DNA of 38,590 nt from Candidatus Poribacteria bacterium. GTDB lineage: Bacteria; Poribacteria; WGA-4E; UBA9662. The notes under the pieces were generated by a model. The model worked only from the letters and a program-made list of their open reading frames with translations. It searched no databases and had not been told where the DNA came from. A program made the position numbers and the translations under genes. The stretch is taken from assembly GCA_046582655.1 (NCBI GenBank), contig JAYGDX010000059.1, forward strand, positions 1 through 38,590. Reading direction: 5' to 3'. Below, piece after piece: positions 18,901 to 26,523 of this stretch (positions are counted from its first letter, which is position 1; each line of letters starts with the position of its first letter).

Positions 18901-21900
18901 TCAATATCACCTTCACCACCTTTAACTGTTTCATTGAATTTCAGCACAATTGTTGTTGTGTTGACAGTTTTAGCAGTAAAACTGGGATCAGTAAAATCTG
19001 TCTTTTCAATTGTTATCTCTCCTGTTCCCGTTAAGCCATCTTCAGTCTCAGCTGCAATGGTGATAATCTGTGGTAAACTGGGAACCAAAAAAACAGCCGA
19101 GTAGTTTCCGTAACCCAGATTCTTGGCAGTTTCGGTGATGGTTCCAGCATCTGCTGTTAACGTCACCTCACCAGACTCAAGTGGATTATCTGACGCATCT
19201 AGAATCTGAATCGCTATCTCAGCTTCGGATAATCCATCGGCAGGCAAGCTTGAAGGTGTAGCTATCACAGTAAGAGAATAGGCAACTGGCCTAATCGCGG
19301 TGATTACCGGATTTGCTATCAGTTGTCTCGAATAGTTAGGAACTGTGCTGTCTTCTACAGAGATTGTAATTTGACCGACATCTGATGAACGGATCTCGCC
19401 CATCGCTGTGCCATTCATATCTGTTAGTGTTTTCGATTGAACGATTTCAACCTGTTCGATATCGACATTTGGTGATTTTGCCTTGATGGTGACTTTCCGG
19501 TTTGGAATTGGACTCCCGAGCTTGTCAACCAATGTGATTAAAATCATAGCGGCATTCATGCCATTAGCTAAAATCCTATCAGGAAAAACTTCCACCGAAG
19601 ATTGCACCGGCGAAACATCGCCAGGCAATACTTTAATATTAACTAATTTTTGAGCATTCAAAATTAAGGTATGGATTTGACTAGACGGTGACGCACCGAT
19701 AGTAAGTAATCCAGCTCGGTTGGGAGCAGTCAGTGTTGCCTGATAGAGCCCCGAAGATACTTCTTCTGCTGGACTGGTAACCGATCCTGCCGTCGATGTC
19801 ACCTCTATAGTTGCCCTTGAAATTGGGTAACCTTCGTTGTTTTTTGCCGTAAACATAAGTTTGATTTCCGTAATGCCATCTCCGCTAATTTCATCCGGCA
19901 AATCCATAAAATTGATATCGGTTATCTTAGGAGAACTAAATCGCACAAACTCAACGTAATCAAAGTTGGGAATTTGAGGGATTTTGATATGGATCAACTG
20001 CTCTCCAGCTATACTGGAACTCATCTTGAAAGGCACACGCCCCTCTTCACCGACAAGTTGAACGTTTTCCAACACATTGATCGTTTCCGATTCAATCTTG
20101 ATTTCAAGATCAGGGATTGGATTGCGATGTTTATCTCTTATGATTGCGGTTGCTATCACCTGTTCTTCTCCGTCAGCTGGTGGAGCTATGGGTTGACCGT
20201 TTTCATCAGCCTCAATAACAATCTCAGTTTGGAGTGGACTTGGCGGACCGGGCAGTAGTTTCAAGATCATTGGCTCTGACACAACCGTATTTCCCGCATT
20301 GGAGAGAGTAGCAATTACTTTGAGAGGAGTTGTGGAGGTTGAAGGAATGTAAGTCCCACGATAGTTATCGTTACCAATAGCATCAATGGTTCTAATGATC
20401 CTTCCACTACTGACGTCCATGGCCATGCTCAGATTCGGGATGGTATTGCCGTGTGGATCAGTAACATTCAGGATTAAGTCAACTGGGGTAACACCATCAG
20501 CAACTGCATCTGGCGGATCCATACTGAGTTGAAAATCCGCCTTATCTCCAAGTGTTAAACGGATTGATTTTTGATCAAATACTCCGTAAGAACTTTTAGC
20601 ACGTATCTCTACTTCTCCTACGGCAGTTCCGGTGATGTATTCAGCAACATAGTTGCCATCTTGATGATTAATCAAATTCTCCACTTTACCGGAATGAAGT
20701 TCTGGCTTCAGTTCAAAGATAATATTCTCGTTAACAACGGGATTACCATATACATCAATTGCTTTTACACGGAGTTGCGCGGTTGATTTTCCATCAGCAG
20801 GCAGCTGGGATTCGGATATCCCAAGTTCAATATTGGTTGTTGAACCTCCAATAAGACGAATCTCGGTTAAAGCTTGAATATCAAACTCGGTTTTAACAAC
20901 GATCTTTGCCTTTCCAGCTGTGGTGGTATTCGCAGTGTAGGTTGACGTGTATGTACCATCTCCGTTATCTCGGATAGGCAATATATGTCCCAAGTTTGTG
21001 GTAGCTTCCATAATTTTATCTGGTGCAGGTTTGTCATAGATATCAATTGCTCTAATGGCTAACTTGGTGCTTGAAAACCCATCAGCGACAATCTGATTAT
21101 CTTCAGTTTCAATGACTAACCTTTCGACTCTTGCACGCAGATCGATAACAACTGCTCCATTTCGCCCATTGGGTGCACTGGCATAAATCTTCATTTCGCC
21201 AAGCTTGGTTGAATTAACAGGGGTGAAAATTGTCACATATCCTCCATCTCCTCTGTTGATTACTTCCGAAAAACCCCCTGAGTCAGCCTGAAAGGTAACA
21301 GTTTCATTAAGCACTGGATTTCCTATACTATCAATCACCAATGCGGTAATTTGTGTGCTCGCACGTTCATCCCTAGTAACAATTTCGGGTTCAGCATCCA
21401 ATGTTATCTGGGCAGTATCGCCTGATACCACGATGATCTCAAAAGTCTTTAAGATATCTTTGTAGACAATTTCAGCCTTCACTGTGCCTCGTTCGCGTGC
21501 CGTAAACTTGCCAAACTGCGTCAAAATGCCAATATCTGCACCCGATTGAATATTCCACAAAGGCGTTTCTATCAACTGGACTTCTTGACCGTTTGTTTCA
21601 TATCCAATGGCGTTCAGATTAGCTGATTCACCAATTTTGACAAAAATGGGTGCTCCTTCAACAGAGATGCTTGAAATTTCGTTATACGTATACCCATTTT
21701 TAAGAGTTGTCAGTTGATTATCAATATTGGTAATGATAATATCATGTTCACCGGGAGTGTCCATCGGGGTGGTAATCTCGATCAACTCGGATGAAATCGT
21801 TTTTATTTCCCCAACAAGTTGTTTCCCGATCTGCACGGAGAGACCTTGGCGAAAACTAGTACCGTGAATCTGTACTTGAGTGTTGCTCCCGCCGTTTGAT

Positions 21901-24749
21901 TTACCTGTTACCAAATTGGAGACAGCAGTAATGGTAGGCGGGGAAAACGGAATCACAAAATCAAATTGCATCGCCCTAGCAGACAGATGTTCTTCCTTCA
22001 CGGCTTGAGTAAAGGTTCCACGGGATTCACCATGCAGAAACACTTCTACTTGAATCTCATTATTTGCTTGGACAATAAATTCGGTGTTGATTGACTCTTT
22101 CAATCCTATCTTATGGAAAGTGACTGAATAGTTCGGCTGGCCTGGGACCTGTTGTGTAATTGCCATTAAGGAGAGACCGTTTTTCAGGTTAGTCACACTT
22201 ACTTCATGGCCTTCAAGCATCTCAGCATCTTCAAGTACTTCATCTGTAAGTGACTTTGTTTGATGTCTGCCAAAACCACTTACAGTGAAAGTATTAGCTG
22301 CCCCACGGACATTTCCTGTTAATGGAATCTTAGATGGTGAATTTGGATCATTACTGAATATGTTCAGGACATCTTTCAATCCAAAAATGACTTTGGGAAG
22401 AAAAGTAATCTTGATCTTCCGGCTCTTATCGGGCTGAATTTGGAAAGGCGGCGCCGGTTCAATTTTAAAGGCAAGTGATGGCGGACTAATCCTGTCGACA
22501 TGCAGATCCCCACTTCCTTGATTCAGGATTACAAATGACTTTGAGGTGGGATTTTCAGCACCCAAAAGAACTTCACCAAAATCAATTTGATCTACTGTAA
22601 GCTCCAACTTCGGTTCGGTGGGGATATAACTAAAAACGGAAGGAAACCGCGCAATCTGACCGTCAGGATTTCGCACAGTGATGTCAACGGTGCCGAGGTC
22701 TCCAACAGGGGTTTTCAATTGGATTTCTTGATTAGAAACCACACTGACCGATTTAGCAGCATTTTCGCCAAAGAAAACCCCTAAACCATTTAAAAAATTT
22801 TTCCCATATATTCTCATTTCACTATTGCCGGTTTTCAATCCAGTTCGTGTTGACAATCGATTAATAAATGGGGGTGAACTAGAGATCTTTTCCAATACTA
22901 ATACGACAATGCCATTTGTATCATCAGCCACAAAGATATGGTTTCCTACCTTTGTCAACCCAAAAGCAGTGCCCGCTGTTTCATAGGAAGCGATTTCAGT
23001 TGGATTCGTCAGATCGCTAATATCAATGACTTTTACGCCTTGCCCGGAGTCCACTAAGAAAACTAAATTATCTTCGATGTACAAATCCTGTACGAAACTT
23101 GAGGTGTTAAACCTGCTGATTTCACGGGGAACAGCCGGATTAAACACGTCTACTACCCGTACGCCACCAAAACCGTCAGCCATAATCACAAGATCTTCAC
23201 TCATTTCTATTCGTTTGGAAAAACCACCGCTTGAATCGGGTAGACTGGCAATGAGTTGTGGCAACCGAGGTGGATCTATCCCCAATACCTGAAATCCGCC
23301 CTCGCCATCAGCAAGGTAGGCAAAGTTACGACTCACAGAGATATCCTGTGCAGAACCTGGCGTATCCAGAATAGCAATTCGTTGTGGATTACCCAAATCA
23401 GAAACATCAACAATTTCAACCCCCATACTACTTCTTGCAATGTATGCTAAAGAACCATGTCCCGTTACACTTTGAGCATAGGAAGTCTGATACTGACTGA
23501 CAAGATATGGAGAATCAGCACGAGCGATGGCAACAATTATAAAATTTCCATCGGTGGCATAGATATAATTACCAAAGACTTTAACGTGTTTCCAAACTCG
23601 ACCTGTTTCTATACGTTTCTGAGACTCAACCAGTCGAAATTTCCCGGTAGTATTGTCTATTTTGATGGTCGCCATTCCATTAGCCGCGTTTGCCACATAA
23701 AGCATATCATCGAGCACTTCTATGTCATAGGCAGATCCTAAAGTGTACCAATGTGCTAATCTCTTTATATTTTTGAAATCCGGATCAATTTTCAAAATAT
23801 CAATTGTGGACTTTCCGTTTGATACGAATATATCATCGGTAACACCACCGATTGCGCGCATCTGCTCTGATGTCTCATAAAGGCCAAATTCTTTGAATTG
23901 ATCTATACCTTCATCAATTAATATTGCTCGAACACCAAATTCGAGATCCATGACATAAGCAAATGTATGGAACGACGTTCGGCCAATTGAAATATCTGCG
24001 ACTTCCCCCGTTACCAGATTATGTGGTACTTCAGTTAAGACCTCTGGTATTGTTATATCAAAAACTTTTAAGCCTTCCTTACCTGCTGCAGCGTAAAGGC
24101 GGTTACCAACAACACGCACCCGTTTAGCATTAACATCATCAAATCTAATAACAATCTGTGGTCTGATTGGTTGACGAACATCAATGATGGTAAGATCTTC
24201 ATCTGCAACAGTTACATATAGAAGTTGATTTGCGAGCTCAATGGAGGTAGCTTTTTTCGACAATGAAATGGCGGCAACCTCAATTGGATTATCTAAATCG
24301 GTGACATAAATGATACGAAGTCCACCAAAACGATCTGCCACATAAATCCGTTCATCGTCTACGGCTAAATCAGTAGCGAAATCAGGGGTATCGATTAAAC
24401 TCCGCAAGATAGGAGATGTGCGATTAGAGAAGTCAACTATTTGAAGACCAGAGAACCCAATTGCGGCATATACAATATTTCCTGTCACCGCCATAGCCCG
24501 AACTTGGTCGTCAAGAGACACAGTGCTTTCTAAGATAGGCGAACTTGGATCCGTTACATCCAGCCGCATAATCTGTGCACCTGCACCTACATAGAGATGA
24601 TTTTCCAAATGATGGAGTGCGTTTATTGCACCGGAAGATCCAGCGATTTTTTGTAGGTTGACAGATTGTTGGCCAGTCACGACCTGGCTGAAGCTAAGAA
24701 GGAGTACGGCAACTATGATAAGTCGAAAAACTGAATTGCGAAACTTCAT
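12945..24749 (-). CDS. Giant secreted/surface multidomain protein (3934 aa): LVIVD repeats, IPT/TIG, ASH-like, invasin-type Big_1, Big_2, cadherin-like, cohesin-like, Big_5, dockerin, C-terminal FlgD-Ig/T9SS-like domain
   Basis: Uninterrupted 11.8-kb ORF with a Sec-type signal peptide (MKFRNSVFRLIIVAVLLLSFSQVVTG). Repeats seen: YxAxGxxGLxIxDxSxP; ADGxSxxxLxxxxxDxxGNP...GxY; GxDxxGN...W...GxIxxxGxFTA; two DxN/DxDGxVxxxD loops; terminal NYPNPFNP domain. Confidence 0.9.
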   Translation of the reverse strand: MKFRNSVFRLIIVAVLLLSFSQVVTGQQSVNLQKIAGSSGAINALHHLENHLYVGAGAQIMRLDVTDPSSPILESTVSLDDQVRAMAVTGNIVYAAIGFSGLQIVDFSNRTSPILRSLIDTPDFATDLAVDDERIYVADRFGGLRIIYVTDLDNPIEVAAISLSKKATSIELANQLLYVTVADEDLTIIDVRQPIRPQIVIRFDDVNAKRVRVVGNRLYAAAGKEGLKVFDITIPEVLTEVPHNLVTGEVADISIGRTSFHTFAYVMDLEFGVRAILIDEGIDQFKEFGLYETSEQMRAIGGVTDDIFVSNGKSTIDILKIDPDFKNIKRLAHWYTLGSAYDIEVLDDMLYVANAANGMATIKIDNTTGKFRLVESQKRIETGRVWKHVKVFGNYIYATDGNFIIVAIARADSPYLVSQYQTSYAQSVTGHGSLAYIARSSMGVEIVDVSDLGNPQRIAILDTPGSAQDISVSRNFAYLADGEGGFQVLGIDPPRLPQLIASLPDSSGGFSKRIEMSEDLVIMADGFGGVRVVDVFNPAVPREISRFNTSSFVQDLYIEDNLVFLVDSGQGVKVIDISDLTNPTEIASYETAGTAFGLTKVGNHIFVADDTNGIVVLVLEKISSSPPFINRLSTRTGLKTGNSEMRIYGKNFLNGLGVFFGENAAKSVSVVSNQEIQLKTPVGDLGTVDITVRNPDGQIARFPSVFSYIPTEPKLELTVDQIDFGEVLLGAENPTSKSFVILNQGSGDLHVDRISPPSLAFKIEPAPPFQIQPDKSRKIKITFLPKVIFGLKDVLNIFSNDPNSPSKIPLTGNVRGAANTFTVSGFGRHQTKSLTDEVLEDAEMLEGHEVSVTNLKNGLSLMAITQQVPGQPNYSVTFHKIGLKESINTEFIVQANNEIQVEVFLHGESRGTFTQAVKEEHLSARAMQFDFVIPFSPPTITAVSNLVTGKSNGGSNTQVQIHGTSFRQGLSVQIGKQLVGEIKTISSELIEITTPMDTPGEHDIIITNIDNQLTTLKNGYTYNEISSISVEGAPIFVKIGESANLNAIGYETNGQEVQLIETPLWNIQSGADIGILTQFGKFTARERGTVKAEIVYKDILKTFEIIVVSGDTAQITLDAEPEIVTRDERASTQITALVIDSIGNPVLNETVTFQADSGGFSEVINRGDGGYVTIFTPVNSTKLGEMKIYASAPNGRNGAVVIDLRARVERLVIETEDNQIVADGFSSTKLAIRAIDIYDKPAPDKIMEATTNLGHILPIRDNGDGTYTSTYTANTTTAGKAKIVVKTEFDIQALTEIRLIGGSTTNIELGISESQLPADGKSTAQLRVKAIDVYGNPVVNENIIFELKPELHSGKVENLINHQDGNYVAEYITGTAVGEVEIRAKSSYGVFDQKSIRLTLGDKADFQLSMDPPDAVADGVTPVDLILNVTDPHGNTIPNLSMAMDVSSGRIIRTIDAIGNDNYRGTYIPSTSTTPLKVIATLSNAGNTVVSEPMILKLLPGPPSPLQTEIVIEADENGQPIAPPADGEEQVIATAIIRDKHRNPIPDLEIKIESETINVLENVQLVGEEGRVPFKMSSSIAGEQLIHIKIPQIPNFDYVEFVRFSSPKITDINFMDLPDEISGDGITEIKLMFTAKNNEGYPISRATIEVTSTAGSVTSPAEEVSSGLYQATLTAPNRAGLLTIGASPSSQIHTLILNAQKLVNIKVLPGDVSPVQSSVEVFPDRILANGMNAAMILITLVDKLGSPIPNRKVTIKAKSPNVDIEQVEIVQSKTLTDMNGTAMGEIRSSDVGQITISVEDSTVPNYSRQLIANPVITAIRPVAYSLTVIATPSSLPADGLSEAEIAIQILDASDNPLESGEVTLTADAGTITETAKNLGYGNYSAVFLVPSLPQIITIAAETEDGLTGTGEITIEKTDFTDPSFTAKTVNTTTIVLKFNETVKGGEGDIDNWTVNDKPISFFSGKGNEFTITLAAPIQTGDQPFVQYIGVADNPIRDLSGNEVDPSRRIIQAQDGISPSYTARVIGENSIEIAFSEPIMNPSKDGWRIRLEGYGDLEVTNFNRTDNFGLIWNLEISVEDGAAEILRRGEPPVVTFSTENGKLTDRNGNPPILDPIRAQPNDAPVLKLKNTRNAILRENPVNFSMSEGKQLVIFVEGEDKNNDELTFAVSELEDSEFEQVDKNRYKFIYEPSFQTVTAYEQSGVVKTVTFSLTDSVFKQIQSAKFIVNNLSQAAQITLSAAKNLLLAEETSETEVVATVKDAFGKPVIDERVMLTSDDFEVEMEHQLRGKYSAIYRASNIVGVVVLSATTSNKVSAKTGVKQLNSQPDNIKLIAEITELPADGIVGTTLVVSVRDTKNRPISDAEVEFDTPQIGSISEVEAQGSGRYIAKYTTGEIDSPAVSFPITASVSLNKVVLSASVDLSLKRPNRVPTLVVLDMKSKEIEDVIAPVTEGDSITLSLSGIDPDGDQVRFSVEGLPPNAQLDQDGVFFWQTRSDAVQGKEGSKTFPILFLATDSLGGSTSREILIEVKHKSSAERLLIFAYPDSLVAGENISSMITMILTDENAVRLENEAIKIETHLERELKDTDKVTEKEVKPDTNAEVVEKDKMAEVLPPKDRELKVKEVGNGVYTITVSPSISIGLLQIRAMVPNTSVSATANLRILPGAVTKLIINDPVQPKQLGAGQLLPFFASGRDQFDNKVDLSTALKWEVTNGVGKISVDGVFTAIKAGKGKILVSYKEFKQESPEITITAGDLSNIIISPAILDIEIGQIVAFQVVGTDLYDNPVVVDQAAVKWAISAYEKSVELGQFKGGMLTPKNLGIGDITATLNGLVAKLPKIQIVKGQVKNIEILPKEPISLIAGEKKIFHVIGRDSAGNQVSVPQEKVLWKIVGNAITDAGGIDLGFKSNVASFQVTAKHVGIGQVQLSVGEAKGNSTKITVTPAKLAMLKIMPMNANLVAGSEKKFKLEGLDLYGNITKTPVEKKWKVIGGVGQIKNDGTFTARRQGVGQVQVETDGFIQLSGQVTVRPGEIQDIKIFADKKITDGSVSLSVGESIQFAGIGHDKNKNEIDLDEPKWQLEGKIGKIAGNGEFTALNAGMATLRLNYNNFKQAAVKIFVDSPLYLEMIDVGGGRSQEIAFPIFIRPLGPEIGEITAETSLVFPSNLLKFIMLSGKGVKQVSATSVGNQLDLKFTITPSFGAKNGTFRIDLIFFVLPTAADLATGEITTKDISLVLSKTNRKLGETKVLSSGRFTVLANIKLELDGVSLAPSQSGVIELKLRKPDFKILKGQILIKTVPNIKILAFNLNKVFAETMTVAKIANGILLKVNQNPPNAEQVGTIEIEIPKKLDPNTKNEIKIEAEMYANEESKYGIVLQLGRIQIIDKIAPIGSISVNKANIYTIDQLVVLNAAAADVGFGVESMRFKNDEDFNPSDQEIKWINFSPKEADSTSHKWKLSDGEGIKTVFGQFRDFAGNVTTTPLSDQIIFDQTAPIGSISIVGDRTRQAGITIKFAASDELSNMKEVGEVRLRNEEDDFSDKDWKPFGDQVKWEVPSGEGIRTVFAEFRDGAGNVSDVASDSVEFDDLAPEVVSFTPDGTEEFVQVDAIISVEFSEEVQIDEQYLVVSSDKVDKIRGEIRIDANHVTFVSDEIFRDVEEISVLIKSGIPDLIGNPVAEEVSWSFSTGVGVFPGDTNKDGEVNAADIIPIGRFWREKGEPRQEATTNWVLQTAKPFKIQLATIADADGNGIVDADDIVPVALNWMKKISEPHAVPGGNEEETENVEEEVNVAPGNFLDLDPNILSIYQQMHEKLLDLPGDIEGVVALRNFVADRILSLEALTIPVKNELLVNYPNPFNPDTWIPFQISTGSEVILTIYNLQGQIIRQIDLGFKPAGFYVRKDRAIYWDGRSQNGERVASGIYVYQLRAGDFSESRKLALIK
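15400..16765 (-). repeat. Tandem Big_2-like Ig repeats (protein level)
   Basis: Five ~90-aa units with FxxxGxDxxxN...W...GxIxxxGxFTA...GxG. Confidence 0.7.
19010..21420 (-). repeat. Tandem invasin/intimin-type Big_1 Ig-like repeats (protein level)
   Basis: Recurring (L/V)(P/V)ADG...DxxGNP...NxGDGxY units of about 95-110 aa, e.g. QLPADGKSTAQLRVKAIDVYGNP and SLPADGLSEAEIAIQILDASDNP. Confidence 0.75.
22890..24660 (-). repeat. LVIVD-type repeats (protein level; probable beta-propellers) at the N-terminus of the giant protein
   Basis: About a dozen ~40-aa units, e.g. YAAIGFSGLQIVDFSNRTSP, YVADRFGGLRII, YIARSSMGVEIVDVSDLGNP, FLVDSGQGVKVIDISDLTNP. Confidence 0.8.
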
Positions 24750-24884
24750 TATTAGATCTATCTATACAGTAATTGTGAATTTGAATCTTCTATTGGTTTG
24801 CCTTGGTTAAAGGCATCATAAAATTTTATAAATCGTCACTTCAAAACAACGTTCAAAATCATTGGTTTGGCTACAAATTTTTCC

Positions 24885-24913
24885 TTGACAGGGTAGTTGC
24901 CGAATGCTAATAT
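24885..24913 (+). promoter_or_regulatory. Sigma70-type promoter for tRNA-Pro (possibly also the hom-lysC-fab cluster)
   Basis: Perfect TTGACA (24885-24890), 17-bp spacer, TGc-TAATAT extended -10 (hexamer 24908-24913), 22 bp upstream of the tRNA. Confidence 0.75.
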
Positions 24914-24935
24914 TTTAATCTGGCGTTGTATTCGG

Positions 24936-25010
24936 CGGGGCGTGGCGCAGTCCGGGTAGCGTACTTGCATGGGGTGCAAGTGGTCGCTGGTTCGAATCCA
25001 GTCGCCCCGA
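24936..25010 (+). tRNA. tRNA-Pro (anticodon GGG), CCA not encoded
   Basis: Acceptor stem CGGGGCG/CGCCCCG, D stem GCGC/GCGT, anticodon stem CTTGC/GCAAG with loop AT-GGG-GT, T arm GCTGG-TTCGAAT-CCAGT, discriminator A. Confidence 0.96.
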
Positions 25011-25154
25011 TTTTTTTCGCTGAATTTGAGAGTGCCTTCCTCAGGAGTTTTGCTTAAGAATTTGCTGATGTTGTTCCTCTACCTCGTAGCACAAAAATTT
25101 CCCACCATTTGTTAAAGACAAAAGCAGATAGGTAAAGAAACCAGAGACGTAACA

Positions 25155-26471
25155 ATGGAAAAATCTGAAATTAATGTTGGCCTCCTCGGTTGGGGAACTG
25201 TGGGTACTGGCGTCTCTAGAATTTTGGTTAATCAAAACCATCGAATCTACCAAAATACTGGTTTGAGCCTCAAGCTTTTAAGAATTGCCAAAAGAACACT
25301 TCCCGCATATAGATCCGGTATTGATTTGGCTGGGGGCTGCTTAACAACTGATGCAAATGCAGTTGTTGATGATCCAGACATTGAAATTGTCGTAGAACTT
25401 ATTGGTGGAACTACCAACTCCCGAGAGCTTATTTTGCGCGCAATGCAAAACGGGAAGTCTATTGTCACCGCCAACAAAGCCTTAATCGCTAAGTGCGGTG
25501 CCGAACTCTTTCAACTTGCGCAAAAACAAGGGGTCAGCTTAAATTTTGAAGCAAGTGCAGCCGGTGGCATTCCGATAATCAAAACTTTACGAGAGAGTTT
25601 CGCTGGAAATCAGATTGAATCAATTTACGGAATTGTTAATGGTACATGCAACTATATTCTGACAGAAATGCAGAAAAATGGCAGGGATTTCTCCGAAGCG
25701 CTTGAGATGGCACAAGGCAAGGGATATGCGGAAGAGGATCCAACCTTTGATATTGAGGGTACTGATGCTGCACAGAAACTCATTATCTTGACCGCGTTAG
25801 CTCATCATATTAGTGTTCCGTTAAATCGAGTTCACACTGAAGGGATTACAAAGATTACTCAAAAAGATCTTCAGTACGCTCAAGAACTCGGTTACACTAT
25901 TAAGTTGTTGGCAATTACAAAATTAAAGGGAACACAAATCGATGTCCGTGTTCATCCAACACTTATACCGGACCACAGTATGCTTGCCAATGTATCTGAT
26001 GCTTTTAATGCTGTATGTGTGATAGGAGATGCTGTCGGGCCAACCCTGTTTTACGGACAAGGTGCGGGTGAAATGCCAACTGCAAGTGCAGTGGTTGCTG
26101 ACATTATCGATACAGCAAGATCGATCACTGGAAATTCACATGTGCTGGTCCCACGTGCTTGGATCTCAAAACCACGTTCTGATATTTCTATCAGTTCAAT
26201 AAATGACATTGAGACACGCTACTATTTAAGACTAGTTGTTCAGGATTGTCCAGGGGTTCTTGCTCAAATTGGAACCATTCTCGGAAATCGGAATATCAGT
26301 ATTGCTTCAGTTATTCAAAAGGAACCGCATTGTAAGAACACGGTTTCACTTGTTATTCTGACTCACAGATCAAGTGAGGCCAATATGCGTCTGGCTCGGG
26401 TTGAAATTGATAATCTTGAGGTCGTTCAAGAGGAATTGATCCTGATTAGGATCGAGGAATTTGATTTCTAG
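25155..26471 (+). CDS. hom: Homoserine dehydrogenase with C-terminal ACT domain
   Basis: GWGTVG, VELIGG, VTANKA, FEASAAGGIP, GIVNGTCNYIL, DAAQK, GQGAG; ACT region DCPGVLA. Confidence 0.96.
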   Translation: MEKSEINVGLLGWGTVGTGVSRILVNQNHRIYQNTGLSLKLLRIAKRTLPAYRSGIDLAGGCLTTDANAVVDDPDIEIVVELIGGTTNSRELILRAMQNGKSIVTANKALIAKCGAELFQLAQKQGVSLNFEASAAGGIPIIKTLRESFAGNQIESIYGIVNGTCNYILTEMQKNGRDFSEALEMAQGKGYAEEDPTFDIEGTDAAQKLIILTALAHHISVPLNRVHTEGITKITQKDLQYAQELGYTIKLLAITKLKGTQIDVRVHPTLIPDHSMLANVSDAFNAVCVIGDAVGPTLFYGQGAGEMPTASAVVADIIDTARSITGNSHVLVPRAWISKPRSDISISSINDIETRYYLRLVVQDCPGVLAQIGTILGNRNISIASVIQKEPHCKNTVSLVILTHRSSEANMRLARVEIDNLEVVQEELILIRIEEFDF

Positions 26472-26523
26472 TTTCGCTCAGAACAAAATTTGCTGATTTC
26501 TATACAAATTTCACATTGATACT

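Noticed and set aside
13363..23741. Many short + strand ORFs within the giant gene
   Set aside because: Ser/Thr/Pro-rich antisense shadows of the real ORF's codon pattern, with no recognisable motifs.
12945..25010. Giant gene as a genomic island integrated at tRNA-Pro
   Set aside because: It lies on the 5' side of the tRNA. I saw no integrase and no duplicated tRNA 3' end, and it overlaps uvrA directly.
25011..25154. Lysine/SAM riboswitch, T-box or leader peptide before hom; also the minus-strand ORF 25041-25253
   Set aside because: I recognised no conserved aptamer or T-box sequence and no Thr-rich leader. The ORF is antisense to hom and has no features.
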